A DNA stretch of 64,000 bases from Klebsormidium nitens. Lineage: Eukaryota > Plantae > Klebsormidiophyceae. Within the stretch, counting starts at the first letter, position 1. Every line of letters starts with the position of its first letter. The position numbers and the translations under genes were made by a program. Below the pieces are notes generated by a model that did no database searches, had not been told where the DNA came from, and was given only the letters and a program-made list of their open reading frames with translations. Of this stretch, positions 1 through 11,834 are shown piece by piece. Where the stretch lies: NCBI GenBank assembly GCA_000708835.1, contig DF237311.1:28417-92416 (forward strand), read 5' to 3'.

Positions 1-1631
1 GAGGACGGTTCCAGAGCCGGACACGTAAGTTTCAATCTGGTCGGTCACTCAAACGTCAGGACTCTTGCTTTCGTCGCTTTTAGAGAACACTGGTTCGCGA
101 GCAATTAGTTTGCCCGACGACAAGTGGCGCGCTTTTGTTTTCCACGCCCCGAGCACCATCTTCTTACAAGCTTCTGACAGGGCCACAGCGACACAGCTAA
201 CACTCTTATATCCGCCAGGACTCGAGCCGGAATCTCAGGCGCGGCGGAATCTGCTAACAGCAGCGATATATAAGTAAACCTTACGCAAACGCTCTGATAC
301 CAAAAAGTCGTAACCAATTGGGATGATCAGGGGCGTAAATCGTAGAAATCCAAAGTCGATTTGTTCAGCTTGATGCGACGGTCCCTCCAGTAAGATCCAG
401 TGAAGACGTCCAAACGTCAGGGTCGATCGAGGAAATGAATCGTTTATCGAAAGCTTGTAGGAACTCAGTACCGGTTCGAAGCTTGTGAAATGATCGTCCA
501 AGCGGGGCTGTAACGTCAGGCGATTAGCCGAACTCTAGCTTGAGCGACGGAAGCAATTGATCAGAACCTTTGGATGGCCAGCTGGTGAAGGGCAAAATTC
601 GTCAGTGCGTCACAAAAGAAGCTCAAGTCTAGTACACGGAAACCGTTTTCACCTGCTTGTATGGATGCAGATCTGAGCGAACTTACCGGGAAAGCCTCAC
701 GATCACCGTGGATCCGCCGTCTAGAATGGTCTGCATCCTTGAACTAGAGCAAACTCTTCAAGGCGCCCCATTCGAGCGTGGGTTATGTGGACAGGTAAGT
801 TTACATTTTCAGCGCTTAGAGACCTTTGAGATCCTTTGGCACTTTGATCTCTTCGTCTCGTTCAACCATGTTGAGCAGTACCATGCTCGATCCGGCCGGC
901 GAAACCGCAATCTGAATCACGCACCTCCTCGAACACGTCCGTCAACGGGAACTACTGTTTCTTTTCCATGTTCTTCGCTGATTCTGTCAGCAACAATGTT
1001 TGTCAACGATCAAGAGAAGTCAAGACCTCTGTGTTTTTGCGCACAAGTCCCACGGATCCCTACAGGCAGGGAAAGAGAGACAGTTGCCACGAAGTCGTCC
1101 GTATCGAATCAAATCCTTATCGGTCAGTCAACCAAGTCATGTTCCTGAAGCTTTGGCCCACCGTCACTTCTGCGGACTATAGCCTCGAAAGGACTCTCCT
1201 AATTATCTAGCACATCTGCTCAGGTATCGTTCATCAAGCAGAGCGGAGGCAAAATGGTTCCCCTGTGCGCGGCTATCTCCTCGGGGCTCTTCCTTTACCG
1301 TCTGATCTCCATCTTCACACACGACATGATGTTTGACAGCTGTGATTTCGCCCCAAACCGATCCCTGGCCGACCTGCCCAAATTCATAAACCCCCCAAAC
1401 CCCGCGAACTCGCTCTGGTATACGGAGATTGCTCACGTGGCGACCGGGCACGTGGTGCGCGTCGGCGAGTTCCGCGGGGCCACGACGGTGTGGAGCGTGA
1501 GCGGAACGGATTCGTTGACAACGGAAACGGAAGTGGCGGCTGTCAAAGAGGACCTTGAGTGGCTGCTGGCGCTAGTCTGCGGCCGGTGTCCGCACACGTA
1601 CGATGGGGTCCTGGCGGGATGCCACGCGTAA
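1..1631 (+). CDS. Family-A protein copy A1 (uncharacterised ISS-LYRL / CPHxYDG domain), 5'-partial; exons <1-24 and 1211-1631
   Basis: ORF 1254-1631 (AISSGLFLYRLISIF...WYTEIAHVATGHVVRVGEFRGA...CGRCPHTYDGVLAGCHA*) is near-identical to 42272-42646(-). The window starts with agg acg gtt cca gag ccg gac ac|GTAAGT (RTVPEPDT), matching the paralog exon end TTVPEPDT|GTAAG at 43557. The acceptor tatctAG at 1210 restores phase 2. Confidence 0.7.
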
Positions 1632-2029
1632 TGAATGACGGAAGTAGACGTCGGCCCGGGACGATAAAGAGCAAAAACGACGGTTTCATCCAGAAATGTT
1701 GTCCTGGAAATCATGCCGCTTCTGTAACCGAGACGGCCATCAATCATGATGCATTCTGCGACTCAGGCAAAGAAATCATGAAACGGTTTGCCCATGTATG
1801 TCCTCTTATTGCCGATTCTAGTCGCACGGCATGAGCTGACACTAGCTTCCAACTTTTTTACAGCTCAGAGTACAATCCACTAGTTTTGGCTCCAATTGCT
1901 GGCGCTTAGTTTATGAGTTGTGCATTTTGGCTCGCGCGTGTGCAACAGAACAAGGCCAAACATTATTCAACCTGTTATGAAGGGGGATGTCACTCCCCAA
2001 AACAGCACAGGGCGTCTACCGCTGCAGCG

Positions 2030-2365
2030 CGGGCGGCCTCGCCGCCAACTAGTTGCGGGCCAGCTTTAGGGTATGCGCCACGCTGGACGCATGCCTGCGC
2101 GCGCATTGCCCGCGGGCCGCGCGGTTCCGATGACCCGACCGACGCCGGCCGCGGCGCTGGGTCCAGTCAGTGATCGAACGTCCGATCGGACTCGACCAAC
2201 GGTAGTTGCGCCGCGGCCGCGGCTCGGAGCCGCCTACCCGCCGGAACTCAGTCGTAAAATCGCGGAACAAACCCTGGCAACGCTGTCCGATGGCGCGGCC
2301 GCGTGCGAACGCCTGCCGCTTTGAAGGCGCGCAGCACGTCCGTATATCCATTTAAATAGGCTGCA
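2030..2365. promoter_or_regulatory. GC-rich island with GCGGCCGC-like motifs followed by a TATA-like TTTAAATA; probable promoter of the 3159-5118 gene
   Basis: High CG content, repeated CCGCGGCCGC motifs, TTTAAATAGG at ~2352. Similar islands lie upstream of several other genes in the window. Confidence 0.35.
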
Positions 2366-3158
2366 AGTTTTGCAGCCTCCGGCCGCTTTGAGACGAGGCT
2401 CGGTTCATCAGAATATGCTCTTGCTGCAACAAGCTGGCCTGCCAGTCAGGGCAGCTGATAAAATCCCTGTAAGGCTGTGTGCTTGACAGGCGGCAAGCTT
2501 CAGAACCAGTCAAAGCATCGGGAACCCTTCAGGAGCTAAGAAAGTGTGGACAAAGTGGACAAAGTGGACTAAAATTCTGCCAGCTAAGAAACATTGGAAG
2601 GTAGGGAGGCGCCTTTGACGCAAAGTACTGCATCTGAGGATCTGAATGATGCTCATGGACCCAGATAAAACGTGATTCTGTTTCTTTCTGGATCAATAGT
2701 CGACTGCATGACTGTGTTTGTTCCAGGTTTTCATTCGAGCCACTCACAAACGAAAGTAACGCTCAATAGCTTTGCGTTCAAGAGATTTGAGCCCCTTACA
2801 ATAAAATTATGTGTACATCAAGAGCACCTGGTTCGGCTGTCATGAGATCCATGCGCTGGTCAAGCTCCTCATATTATTCCGTCTATGTTTGTTTTTGTCA
2901 ATCTGCTCCAAAAACTCCTGCGTTTGTCGCTCATCCCGGCCGACTCATCCTGCCCCTAGACAGTATGCTCTGACGATCTTGATTCTCAATTGAAAATGTA
3001 ACCTAAGAGCGCCTCCGGATCTTACTCCATTTTCCCCGTCAAAGGTGATTGAAATGATGCTTTGAGACCGCTGTGATTTGTTGAGCAGCTTGGTTTGAGT
3101 TGCAAAAACGGAAGCCGATTGGAACTGATGCAGCTTGTGTTTATGCAGCATTTGCAGC

Positions 3159-5118
3159 ATGGCGACCACGCTAGGCTGCCAATTTCACGAACTTGCGGAG
3201 AAGATGCAAAAGACTGAGGACCCTCAAACGTTGCGCATCTATCAGCGGCATCAAATGGTCCTTGAGGCGCGAGCAAAACTACACGCAGAAGCGGGGGTCG
3301 GATTCTACAAGCGTTTCTCCCGCTTCAAAGACCACGAAGACGACTACAGTGAGACCATGCACCGGAGTGACTCCTCAGAACATTGGAAACTAGGGTGGAC
3401 ACAATCTGCTTTAACTTTGGGCATGGCCCGTGAAAGTATAGAGCCTGTTTGGAACGCCAGATCGCAGCTGATTCCACCCTCGAAGGTGGTCGTCTTTCTT
3501 TGCAAGAGGAAGCACTGGTTCTCATCTGTCTGGGTCTGATGAAGAACAATCTATTGATTCGCTGCAGAAGCAGGCCTGAGGCGGAAAGTCACGTTCGCTC
3601 CCCCTCCGCTCATACGATTTCGAAGGATTCAAAGCGTTTCGTCGTTCCGCTGGGACTTCATGCAGCTTTCAGTGGGTGGTCGCATCATGGTTGCAGGGTG
3701 CCACGACGTCCTCGTCCAGCCACGTGTCACCTCCCAAGCTCGCCACGTGGGGCCAGACTGGAGCTTCTCCGGGGGCAATCGGTTAGTGGTCAAGCTCGAC
3801 CCGAAAGCGGTGGGAGCCTGTAAAGCTGAGAACAATGGAACCGACCCTCCGTATGACGTCAGCTTTATCAAGGACTCGTGGAAACCCAAGACGCCTCCGA
3901 AAGAACTGGACAACGAACGAGTTATCATGTGCGAGGGCCTGCAGTATTGGTGGGTTCTCCTTTTCATTGATCATTTCTTCCGCTACACTCTGTACGGTTT
4001 TACGAAGACTTCCAGGGGAAAGCTAGCTCTGACGACTCTCGGCGCCCTGACTAGACGAAGTCATCCAGGTGTTTTGTTGACCGACCCATCCAGGGTCTCA
4101 GGAAACCTTTTAGCTAGCCATAAAGCAATCCGTCGTGCTGTTGAACTCTAGTAAAGCTCAGGTTGAAACAAACGGACTGCTGGGGCTCTGCAACGGACAC
4201 TCTGTAACCTTTTGGTCAGTCTGATGCAAAATCAAATCAAACATTCTCTGTAGATGCCGTTAGTGATTGGCAAAAGGAGCGCGTTCGGATTTGCTTGTAC
4301 ATGTCTTCTCTCATGAGCTTTGTGATCTTTCGAAACTTTGACTGCAGCATTTCGTAATCCCTAATTTGTTGATACTTTCGCAACGTTTTGTTTCTTTTTC
4401 CAGGCAGGAGACGGGATTCGCAAAAGTGCAAGAATCCGAGGGTGAAAACCCGTATCCCTACAAGCACCCCGCCCGGAGATATGCATATCGCTCGCTTCAC
4501 CTGAACCAAGCCGCCTCGGCGCCATACGCTATGTACCGAATGCTGTGCCTCTTCCCGTGGCTTATCTCCGAGTGGCGTCCTTGCGACTATTACAAGTGCC
4601 TTTGGTACTTCACAGTCGAGCATAAGGAGACGGGCTTCGTCTTTCAGATGTCGGAGCACAAGGCTTCTCTGCACGCTGTGGTGCGCTTTCCATCCTTGTT
4701 CGTCTGAATCTTACCATGTTTTTACATCGACGCTCTTGTTTTTGCTTGACGACATCATAGTTTCTTACTGTAGTCTCTGCTTCGTAGATGCGGGAACGTT
4801 TTTTCAATCTCTTGTGTCCATACTTTCTCCGCATCCTCCGAAACATCATCTGCTTCTCGTCATTCTCCCTTTCAGCAACAGATAGTACGCTCTCATTAAA
4901 CTTGAAACTGAATATGGTGATTCTCACCGAAATTTTAGTTGCTTCTCTGCAACTAGATCGAGTGGGATCCGGAGAGCCCCTGGGCCGACTGCTTCAAGAG
5001 CGAGGCGTGCGCGCTGCTGGAGCTGATCTTGTCCGACGCCTCCCGTCACCCGTGCGGCGTCCTCGCGGGCAGCATCGATCCTGTCGTCTTCAAGCCGTAC
5101 AAAGAACACTGGACGAAG
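3159..5118 (+). CDS. Family-A-related protein copy A2 (divergent, long N-terminus); exons 3159-3485, 3666-3949, 4404-4680, 4957-5118, 3' end unresolved
   Basis: Four exons join in phase at GT/AG sites (...PPSK|LSVGG...CEGLQYW|QETGF...HKASLHAV|IEWDP...HWTK|gtaagg). They contain YAMYRMLCLF, DYYKCLWYFTVEHKETGFVFQMSEHKA and ALLELILSDASRHPCGVLAGS, which correspond to the LYRL, H-TG-E[HF][KR]GA and CPHxYDGxxAG motifs of A1/A4. Confidence 0.6.
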
Positions 5119-5771
5119 GTAAGGTTTCTTTTTAGATGCAATAGGAAAAGCCTTGATTTTAAGCTTCTGTCTCAAGGCCAAGTAGTCGGTTGGTCGAGAC
5201 AAGGGATCCTAATACCGAAAAGGATCGAAAAGGTGATCGAAAAGGAAGAAGCGTTCAAAGATGGTTCGACTAGAGATCTCTTTCCTTAATCGACGAAGAT
5301 GAGTTACTAGCTGAGGGTCAGTGTTTTGGGTCATTTGCGTATACCAGAGAGTCTATGTATTCGGCGCCGTCCCCAAGATCTTCGAGACTGTAAGCTTGTG
5401 GGCAACAGGTAATACTTGAGCTTGAGTCGGAACATTCAGGGATCGGGCGACCCATTGAGCGAGCTCCGCTAGAATTCTGCCTTCATGCCTCTGGTCCAAG
5501 AAGGATTGCCAGCAACCACCTTTTCTTTCGAGTCTTAGGATTAAGTCGACCCAGGGCGGTTTTCTTCGGTCGGAGTCAAAATACCTGCGTCATATATGAG
5601 GAATTAGTTGCAAAGGCCCCTTGTTCGGTTTTGTTTGCAAACGCCTTGCCAGCTTAAACTGTTCCTTCTGTCCCGGGCCGCGCCGCATTCTTTCATCTCC
5701 TTCACCTTCTACCGGTCCGGTTTTGGGCCAAGCAATTGCTTGATGAAGCGATGCGTTTCTTCGCTGGTGTG

Positions 5772-6106
5772 CACAGGGAGGAACACCGGTTTGCCCGGTC
5801 TTCCTGCCCGGCCATCCCCGTCCCTTCTAGTTCTGCCCGGTGATCTGACCCCCTGCCCGGTCTACCGACTTCCCTGCCCGGTCACAACACCGGGCAGCCA
5901 ATCGACGGACGTCCTGCCCGGTCTCGCAAAATCACTGGGCAGGAAGAATGACCGGGCAACGATTCTCTACTACCGGGCAGCGCATCACAAGGCAGCAACA
6001 CGACCCGGGGCAGCCGACATCGCCGGGCAAGTGCGCCGGGCAGCATCTACAGCCGGGCAGCGCAGTCGGGGAAGAAAACCGGGCAGTGAGATACGACCGG
6101 GCAATT
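5772..6106. repeat. Left TIR plus subterminal array of the TGCCCGG / CCGGGCA motif
   Basis: About 15 copies, mostly forward in the outer half and reverse in the inner half. Arrays like this are typical of CACTA subterminal regions. Confidence 0.85.
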
Positions 6107-7317
6107 AGGTCGGAGAAAGAGGACAGTAGATATCTGCTGCTTTTGTTCCGTAGTTCATACAAGTACTGTACGATCATTCAATGCGTTCAGATAATCAAAC
6201 TGTTCGCAATCATTGAATTAGAGTCCAAGACGTTCGGAGCCATTATAATTATGTTGCCGCATAGATATGCATGTAACATAATCTTTTTTGTCCATTTCGC
6301 AGGCGATTAAGCTTCGAACTTCACTCGTTCCAAAGTTGAAGTGTGGAATGAATATATTGCTGCATAGTTGTTCGCTGGACCCCTGCGCCATGGATCCTTC
6401 AAGTCTCGTACATGTGCAGCGCGAAATATGCGAAGATTGATCATGAGCCGATGCGATACTCGCTAATTCATATACAACCTGTGCTTGAATAGATGGATGA
6501 GGCCCATTCGGAGAGCAGAGGCGCAAATCCATGTATAACGATTGATTAATCAAAGGCGTTCCAACTTACATACGGTCGAACGATAGCCCTCCTTTTGTTT
6601 TGAAAGTCGGTTCGAGCTCGACCGTTGGATGAAGAACGGACAACCCTGATTTCGTCGAAAAGCCCACAGATGTGTGAGGCCACGCTTCGGCACGTTTATA
6701 ATAAATAATCGCCCCGAATTCTGCCAACAATGAGGGCGAGGACGAGATGCTGGCTACGCTAATTGCCAACCTTGCTTAGATGATCTGAGAGCCGCGGAGC
6801 CCTCTGTTTTAATACGAGGCTTGGCGCGTTGATCGTCGGATCGTATACATCGACGATCCTGACTTCATCGGGACGCCCACAATCATGCGAAGCCACATTC
6901 CGAGAATTTAAAAGGAATGTTCGCTTCACTGTTGTCATGACGCTGGGGCTATGGCGAAACTATATGCGCTTGGCGCCAAGAGCAGCTAGGCGCCAAGCGA
7001 GTCCAATGGGTTCGCCGAGCCCCCTTTTTTGAGAGGCGGTCCGAGCGCTAGGCGCCGACTGTTTGATGAAGAGATCAACGATTGATGTTCCGTAATCAGC
7101 ATCCCATAAACCAGCGATCCAGACGAATGCTCTTCGCAGGCATCATGCATATGCACCAGCAATCCTTCACGCTGCATGTCCAGAGGTGTTAATTCTGTTC
7201 TGATTCCCAGATTCGGAGCCTATAGAGTTGTACGTCCCATTCACAAGCTGTAGTGTAAAGTGGCCCCAAACAATCTTACTTCACAAGCTCACCCCTGAAG
7301 CAGCTCATCCGATTCCG

Positions 7318-7400
7318 CTGACCCGTCCGCTAACCCATCCGCTAACCCGTCCGCTAATGGGTCCGCTAACCCCCCGTCCGTAAATCCCCGTCCGCTAACT
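7318..7400. repeat. 12-bp tandem repeat (CCGTCCGCTAAC)n; reads LADG-LADG on the minus strand
   Basis: About 6 degenerate copies. On the minus strand it is followed by ...ctgcttcaggg|GTGAG, a donor-like site. Confidence 0.7.
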
Positions 7401-8660
7401 CAGGTCCGCGATCACTAGAGTAATTGTCCTGAGTCACTCGTCCTCAAAGTTGCTGTTATCTGTAGCAAAAGGAGAGGGAGATCCGTAAGCATCAAATTCG
7501 CCCATGAGCGGCAGGTTCACGGAATGGTTGTTACTTTCTCTACGAAATGGTTGACACTTTCTCTTCAATCCTGTTTGTCCCCTGTTTGTCAAGCGGCAGA
7601 CTGCGCCTGAACGAGTTCGTGACGGCGAAACTTAAGAATAAGTGCTGTTTCATGCGCTACCGTGAGCTCCTCAAGCGTTCCTTTCCGGGTGTCTGGCCAG
7701 CTTTAAAAAGTCGTCGCGCATCCGTCAGGTTTGGCTAGCCAGGGCGGTGTTTTGCTATCCTGGACTCAAAACCTTGTCAAATGGAGAGCTTGAGTAGTCA
7801 TCAGAAGTTATGAAACGGAAACTGCAGTTCGTGTTGACCTGTGGAAAAGCACAGGCACTGGACTCGCCTCCAGAGATTGTATACCTCATAAGCCTGTGGC
7901 TGAAAAATCTGACCTCCTGATTCGTTGTACGCAGAGCGAAGTTCTCTGTGTCCACCAAGGCCGCTGAGAGTTTCTTCAAAAGCGGGCATATGTCGAGCGA
8001 GCCCGAAAGACACCGTCTTTAGAGCGAATTCGATCGAACTGAGTCGGGGTACGTATCTCAGAGGGCCAGACGCAAAAGTTTACCCTCAGAAGTAGCTTTG
8101 CAAATTCACGCGTCCTTTCGCGAGGTTAAGAGACGGTTCTTTGCGCGAGCTACCGAGTAGCTGCACACGGGTGACAGATTTCTGACCCCGGCTGTTCAAA
8201 TCTGTGGCACTGCATGAAACGTTTCTCTTGACGGCTCTTGTCAGTTCCTATAATGCGAAGGAACCTTTCTCACCTTCTGCCACCGAGTCCCATGAGCCGT
8301 CCGAGTCGCCCTCCGAGTCGCCGTCCGAGTTCGGTTGGCCGTACATCACCTATACACAAGGGGGAAACGGTCAGAGCTGGCTTTTTCTTCGTACTATTCT
8401 GTTCTGTGGTTACAGAGTATTGAACTAGCCAGACCCAAAAGATTGCTCACACTCAGCCCGAATGATCAGAGCTAAGCCTACTTATGCGAGCTACCCAGAA
8501 GCTCTACACGCTCGATCAAGGGAGAGAAGCGCTGGAAGATCTTCGAATCTCTGCATCCGGCTGCTCAGAAGGGCTGAGAATAGGGGTGAATTGAAACAGG
8601 TCTCTCAACGCGTCTGGTTGCGGCAAAGTAATTGCATCATCACCTGGCCAGGCTCCGCGT

Positions 8661-8705
8661 CTGAGCTGTCGCCTGAGCTGTCGCCTGAGCTGTCGCCTGA
8701 GCTGG
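8661..8705. repeat. 12-bp tandem repeat (CTGAGCTGTCGC)x3.5; reads SSGD-SSGD on the minus strand
   Basis: Exact repeats visible. A similar 12-bp acidic repeat (SDGD/SEGD) lies at ~8292-8330. Confidence 0.75.
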
Positions 8706-9805
8706 CGAAGTCGTTCCGGATTACCTGTACCCAAATCAGAAAACGAAAACGGTCAGAGAATCGAATCAGCAGGCGAAGGACCAGCTCGGTGTAGATATCA
8801 TGTAAAAATACAATCGAATCTCAACCGCGCCAGCTACGCGCTCGTCAACGGAAGAACATTGTTGGATGGAAATTTAGCTGCTTAAAGCGGCTGCTAGTGG
8901 GTGCAATGAATGGGAATCCTGAATGCGCCTGGTTACGACTGGACCTCACAAGCGGACCTTATGAGTTTTTGAATGTCCTCACGTCTTCTTCGCCATGCGG
9001 ATTGTAGTCCTCCTCCAGGCGCGGCCACGCCCGCGCGCTCCGGTTGCCCGGCCACACGTCATTCCTCTCTTCCATGTTGTCCGAGAAGGAGATTGCCCGC
9101 ACGAACTCGTCCGGTCTCCAGGGCAGTGGCTCGCTTGTCGGCCGCGGCGGACCAACCTCGTCGGGCATGAGCATCAACGGCGGCTGGACCTCCTTGCACA
9201 GTGTTTGAGATAAATGCCTGTCCTTGATGTTTGCTCACGGAAGCGCAAGAAACACCGAAGTGGCGCTCTCCGAATAGAACGGAGAAGAAAGCGCGAGAGT
9301 CCTTTGTCTGAGCAGATTCTCCGGACCAGATTCTTCAGATTGTTTAGATCCGGTAGTATTCTTCTCACTCCGGTTATCGGTGTTCTCCAGACTCTTCAGA
9401 TCAGATTCTTCTTCTCACAAGCACTGCAAACGGGCAGCACGGGAATCGCAGAAACCTCAGGTCTCGCTTGACTAGATTCCGGTTACTTCGACCCGGCTGG
9501 TTTACCTAAATCTCGATTACTCCCGAGTATTAGAAGGAAAGGATGATGGAATCAAGTAGAATCAGAGAAGGCGAGGCCAACCTACTGCCAATCGGCGGAT
9601 TCATCTCAACAAGACAGACAGAGCTTGAAGGCTATTCTGGACAAAAACGTCTACCATCTTCTGGGTTAATCTAGGCTTCTAGCTGACAATTGATTTTTTT
9701 TTCAACTATTTCTGGAGATCCGAGCAGATTTTCAGAACGTTAACCACAGCAGTCGTATCTCGATAGTAGAGAAGCAACGCAAACCGCTCAGAAAATATGT
9801 ACAAC

Positions 9806-10570
9806 TTACAGGTCCATCTCCAGGCCCTGCCAGGCGAGCGCCTTCTTGCGGCTGTTGGCGAGCATCTTGCTGGTTGTGTGCCTCCTGCTGACTCTCCGCC
9901 CCGTCAGCTGCGTCTGCAGTACAGTCCTGGCCGTGACCGCGTGCCTGTTCTCCTGGATTACCGCTGCCCGGAACGCGGCGAAGTTGACGCTCTTCTCGGA
10001 AAAGAGATGCCTGCCGATCAGGCATTCCCAGTCAGATTCCAACGTTGCCTTGGTTGAGAGCTTTCCAAAGTCAAACAGCAAGTCATCTTCCGGACGATCA
10101 TCCGGGTCGAATTCGGGGTTTAGGTACGCCTTTCCGCAGTTAACCTCGTTCTGGCGGGCTGCAAAGTTAGCACGTGCCCCGCTCGCAAACCCAAAGGTCC
10201 ACATGAAAAGAATGATTCCATCCCGCAGCTCCCAGTACCCGTCATCATTGCCGAGGCCCACTGCATTGTAGGCTGCCCAGAAAGCATCATCCATAGCCCT
10301 CCAGGCCTCAGCAGGCGAGAGGACCGTCCCCTCCTTCACCTCATCAAACACGATCCAGGCAAAGCCCTGAGGGTTGGCTGTCCACCTGGCCATTGACTGT
10401 GCCCTAGTGCGCAGACCAAGGACGTAAGATTCCCAGTGCATGCGCCAACCCTCAGAGGCCACCACCAAGATCGCGAAGTTGGGGACTTCAAGCATGCACT
10501 GGGGCCCATTGAAGCCCTGTTCAGCCAGAAAGCTCAGGCACTTATCCTGGAGAGACGATGGCTCAGACAT
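9806..10570 (-). CDS. Transposon cargo, hypothetical protein (254-aa exon; probably continues in further minus-strand exons toward ~7300)
   Basis: Long ATG-initiated ORF with globular-like composition. It ends at gag atg gac ct|GTAAGT, a strong donor. No family recognised. Confidence 0.5.
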   Translation of the reverse strand: MSEPSSLQDKCLSFLAEQGFNGPQCMLEVPNFAILVVASEGWRMHWESYVLGLRTRAQSMARWTANPQGFAWIVFDEVKEGTVLSPAEAWRAMDDAFWAAYNAVGLGNDDGYWELRDGIILFMWTFGFASGARANFAARQNEVNCGKAYLNPEFDPDDRPEDDLLFDFGKLSTKATLESDWECLIGRHLFSEKSVNFAAFRAAVIQENRHAVTARTVLQTQLTGRRVSRRHTTSKMLANSRKKALAWQGLEMDL

Positions 10571-11834
10571 GGCGCAGCAGACTTCAAGAAGGAGCAGCTA
10601 TGGCGTAACGAGAAAGTGGGGCGCAAAGCTTCCTCAGAAGGCGTTCGTTGCAGGGGCCCCGTTTCTGTTTGAGCGAAGCGGGAGACTTTTCGAAGCTTCC
10701 ATGCGCAATCGCGCAAGGAAAGCCGAAGCTTTGATCGGCCACTGGCAGTCACGCGTACGAAAACGGCAGTTGACGATCGAGCAACGGAGGCATAGACGGC
10801 AATTGCGCAGCAGTTACACTACTGTAGGTTTTAGCACTGACAGGGAAGTCGACCATTGGACAATCCATATCGTACGTCCGAGAAAGTTAAGTCCTAGGCA
10901 GAACGTACGTCCGAGAAAGTTAAGGCCTAGAATGCTTCAGCTGCTGCAGCAGCACGCCTCACAGATCAGGGAGCGCCCTTTGTTTTGACTGCGCGCTTAG
11001 GCTCCAGCCGTATTCCAGACAGCCATATTCCAGACAGGACGTGCTCAGAAAAGATTGGCTAGAGAAAAGCAGGGCGCTCATGAGCTGATCAGGTTATTGC
11101 CAAAGTTGCGTCCCAGCTCTCAGACCGGCAGTCGCGCTTTGCGTAGATATTCGACGTGGGCGCCTTATTGAAACCCGAGACCGGTGACGGAAGGTTTCAA
11201 GATAGACAGACACAGCATCTGAGCAAACCACACTCCTGTCTTTTGACAAGAAAGTTTGGGACGAAGGGTGCGAACAAACCTCTTAAAAGGGAGAAGCAGC
11301 GGGGGCCTTTGAGTGCCCTCAGATGGGCGCTTTTGAGGAAGCAAGCAGACGGACGAAGGTCCGCGTGTCCAAAATTTCAAAGAACGGCTCTCCTTTTGAG
11401 TCCAGTTTTTTGTTCATGAAACTGTGAGAAACTTCTCAACTTCTCAAATTAGAAAGGGGACAAGATCAGGCCAGAAATATATCTAAAGAATCCGGAAAGA
11501 CGGGAAGAAGAACAAGTAGCTTCGCCCACGAACAATCAATCAATCAATCATTCTTTCAATCAGTCAGTCAATGCAAGCTTTGATACTTTGATGTAGCTGA
11601 AATCAACGGGATCAGGCTCTAGCAGTAAGCTGATGGGCGCTGGCCAGAGATTCTTGCTTAGTCTAGGCTTTGTTCAGTCTGACGTAAAGTCTGATCATTC
11701 ACTCCAGCTGTATGTGGGTAGACCTGACCCTGCAGACATGTGTCTTAAACTGACCCTTATCGACCGTTTTCAAATGTCTGAATAAATTGCACTCACGTTT
11801 TTCTAAGGGAACCCATGGGTTCCCTTGGCCAGCC

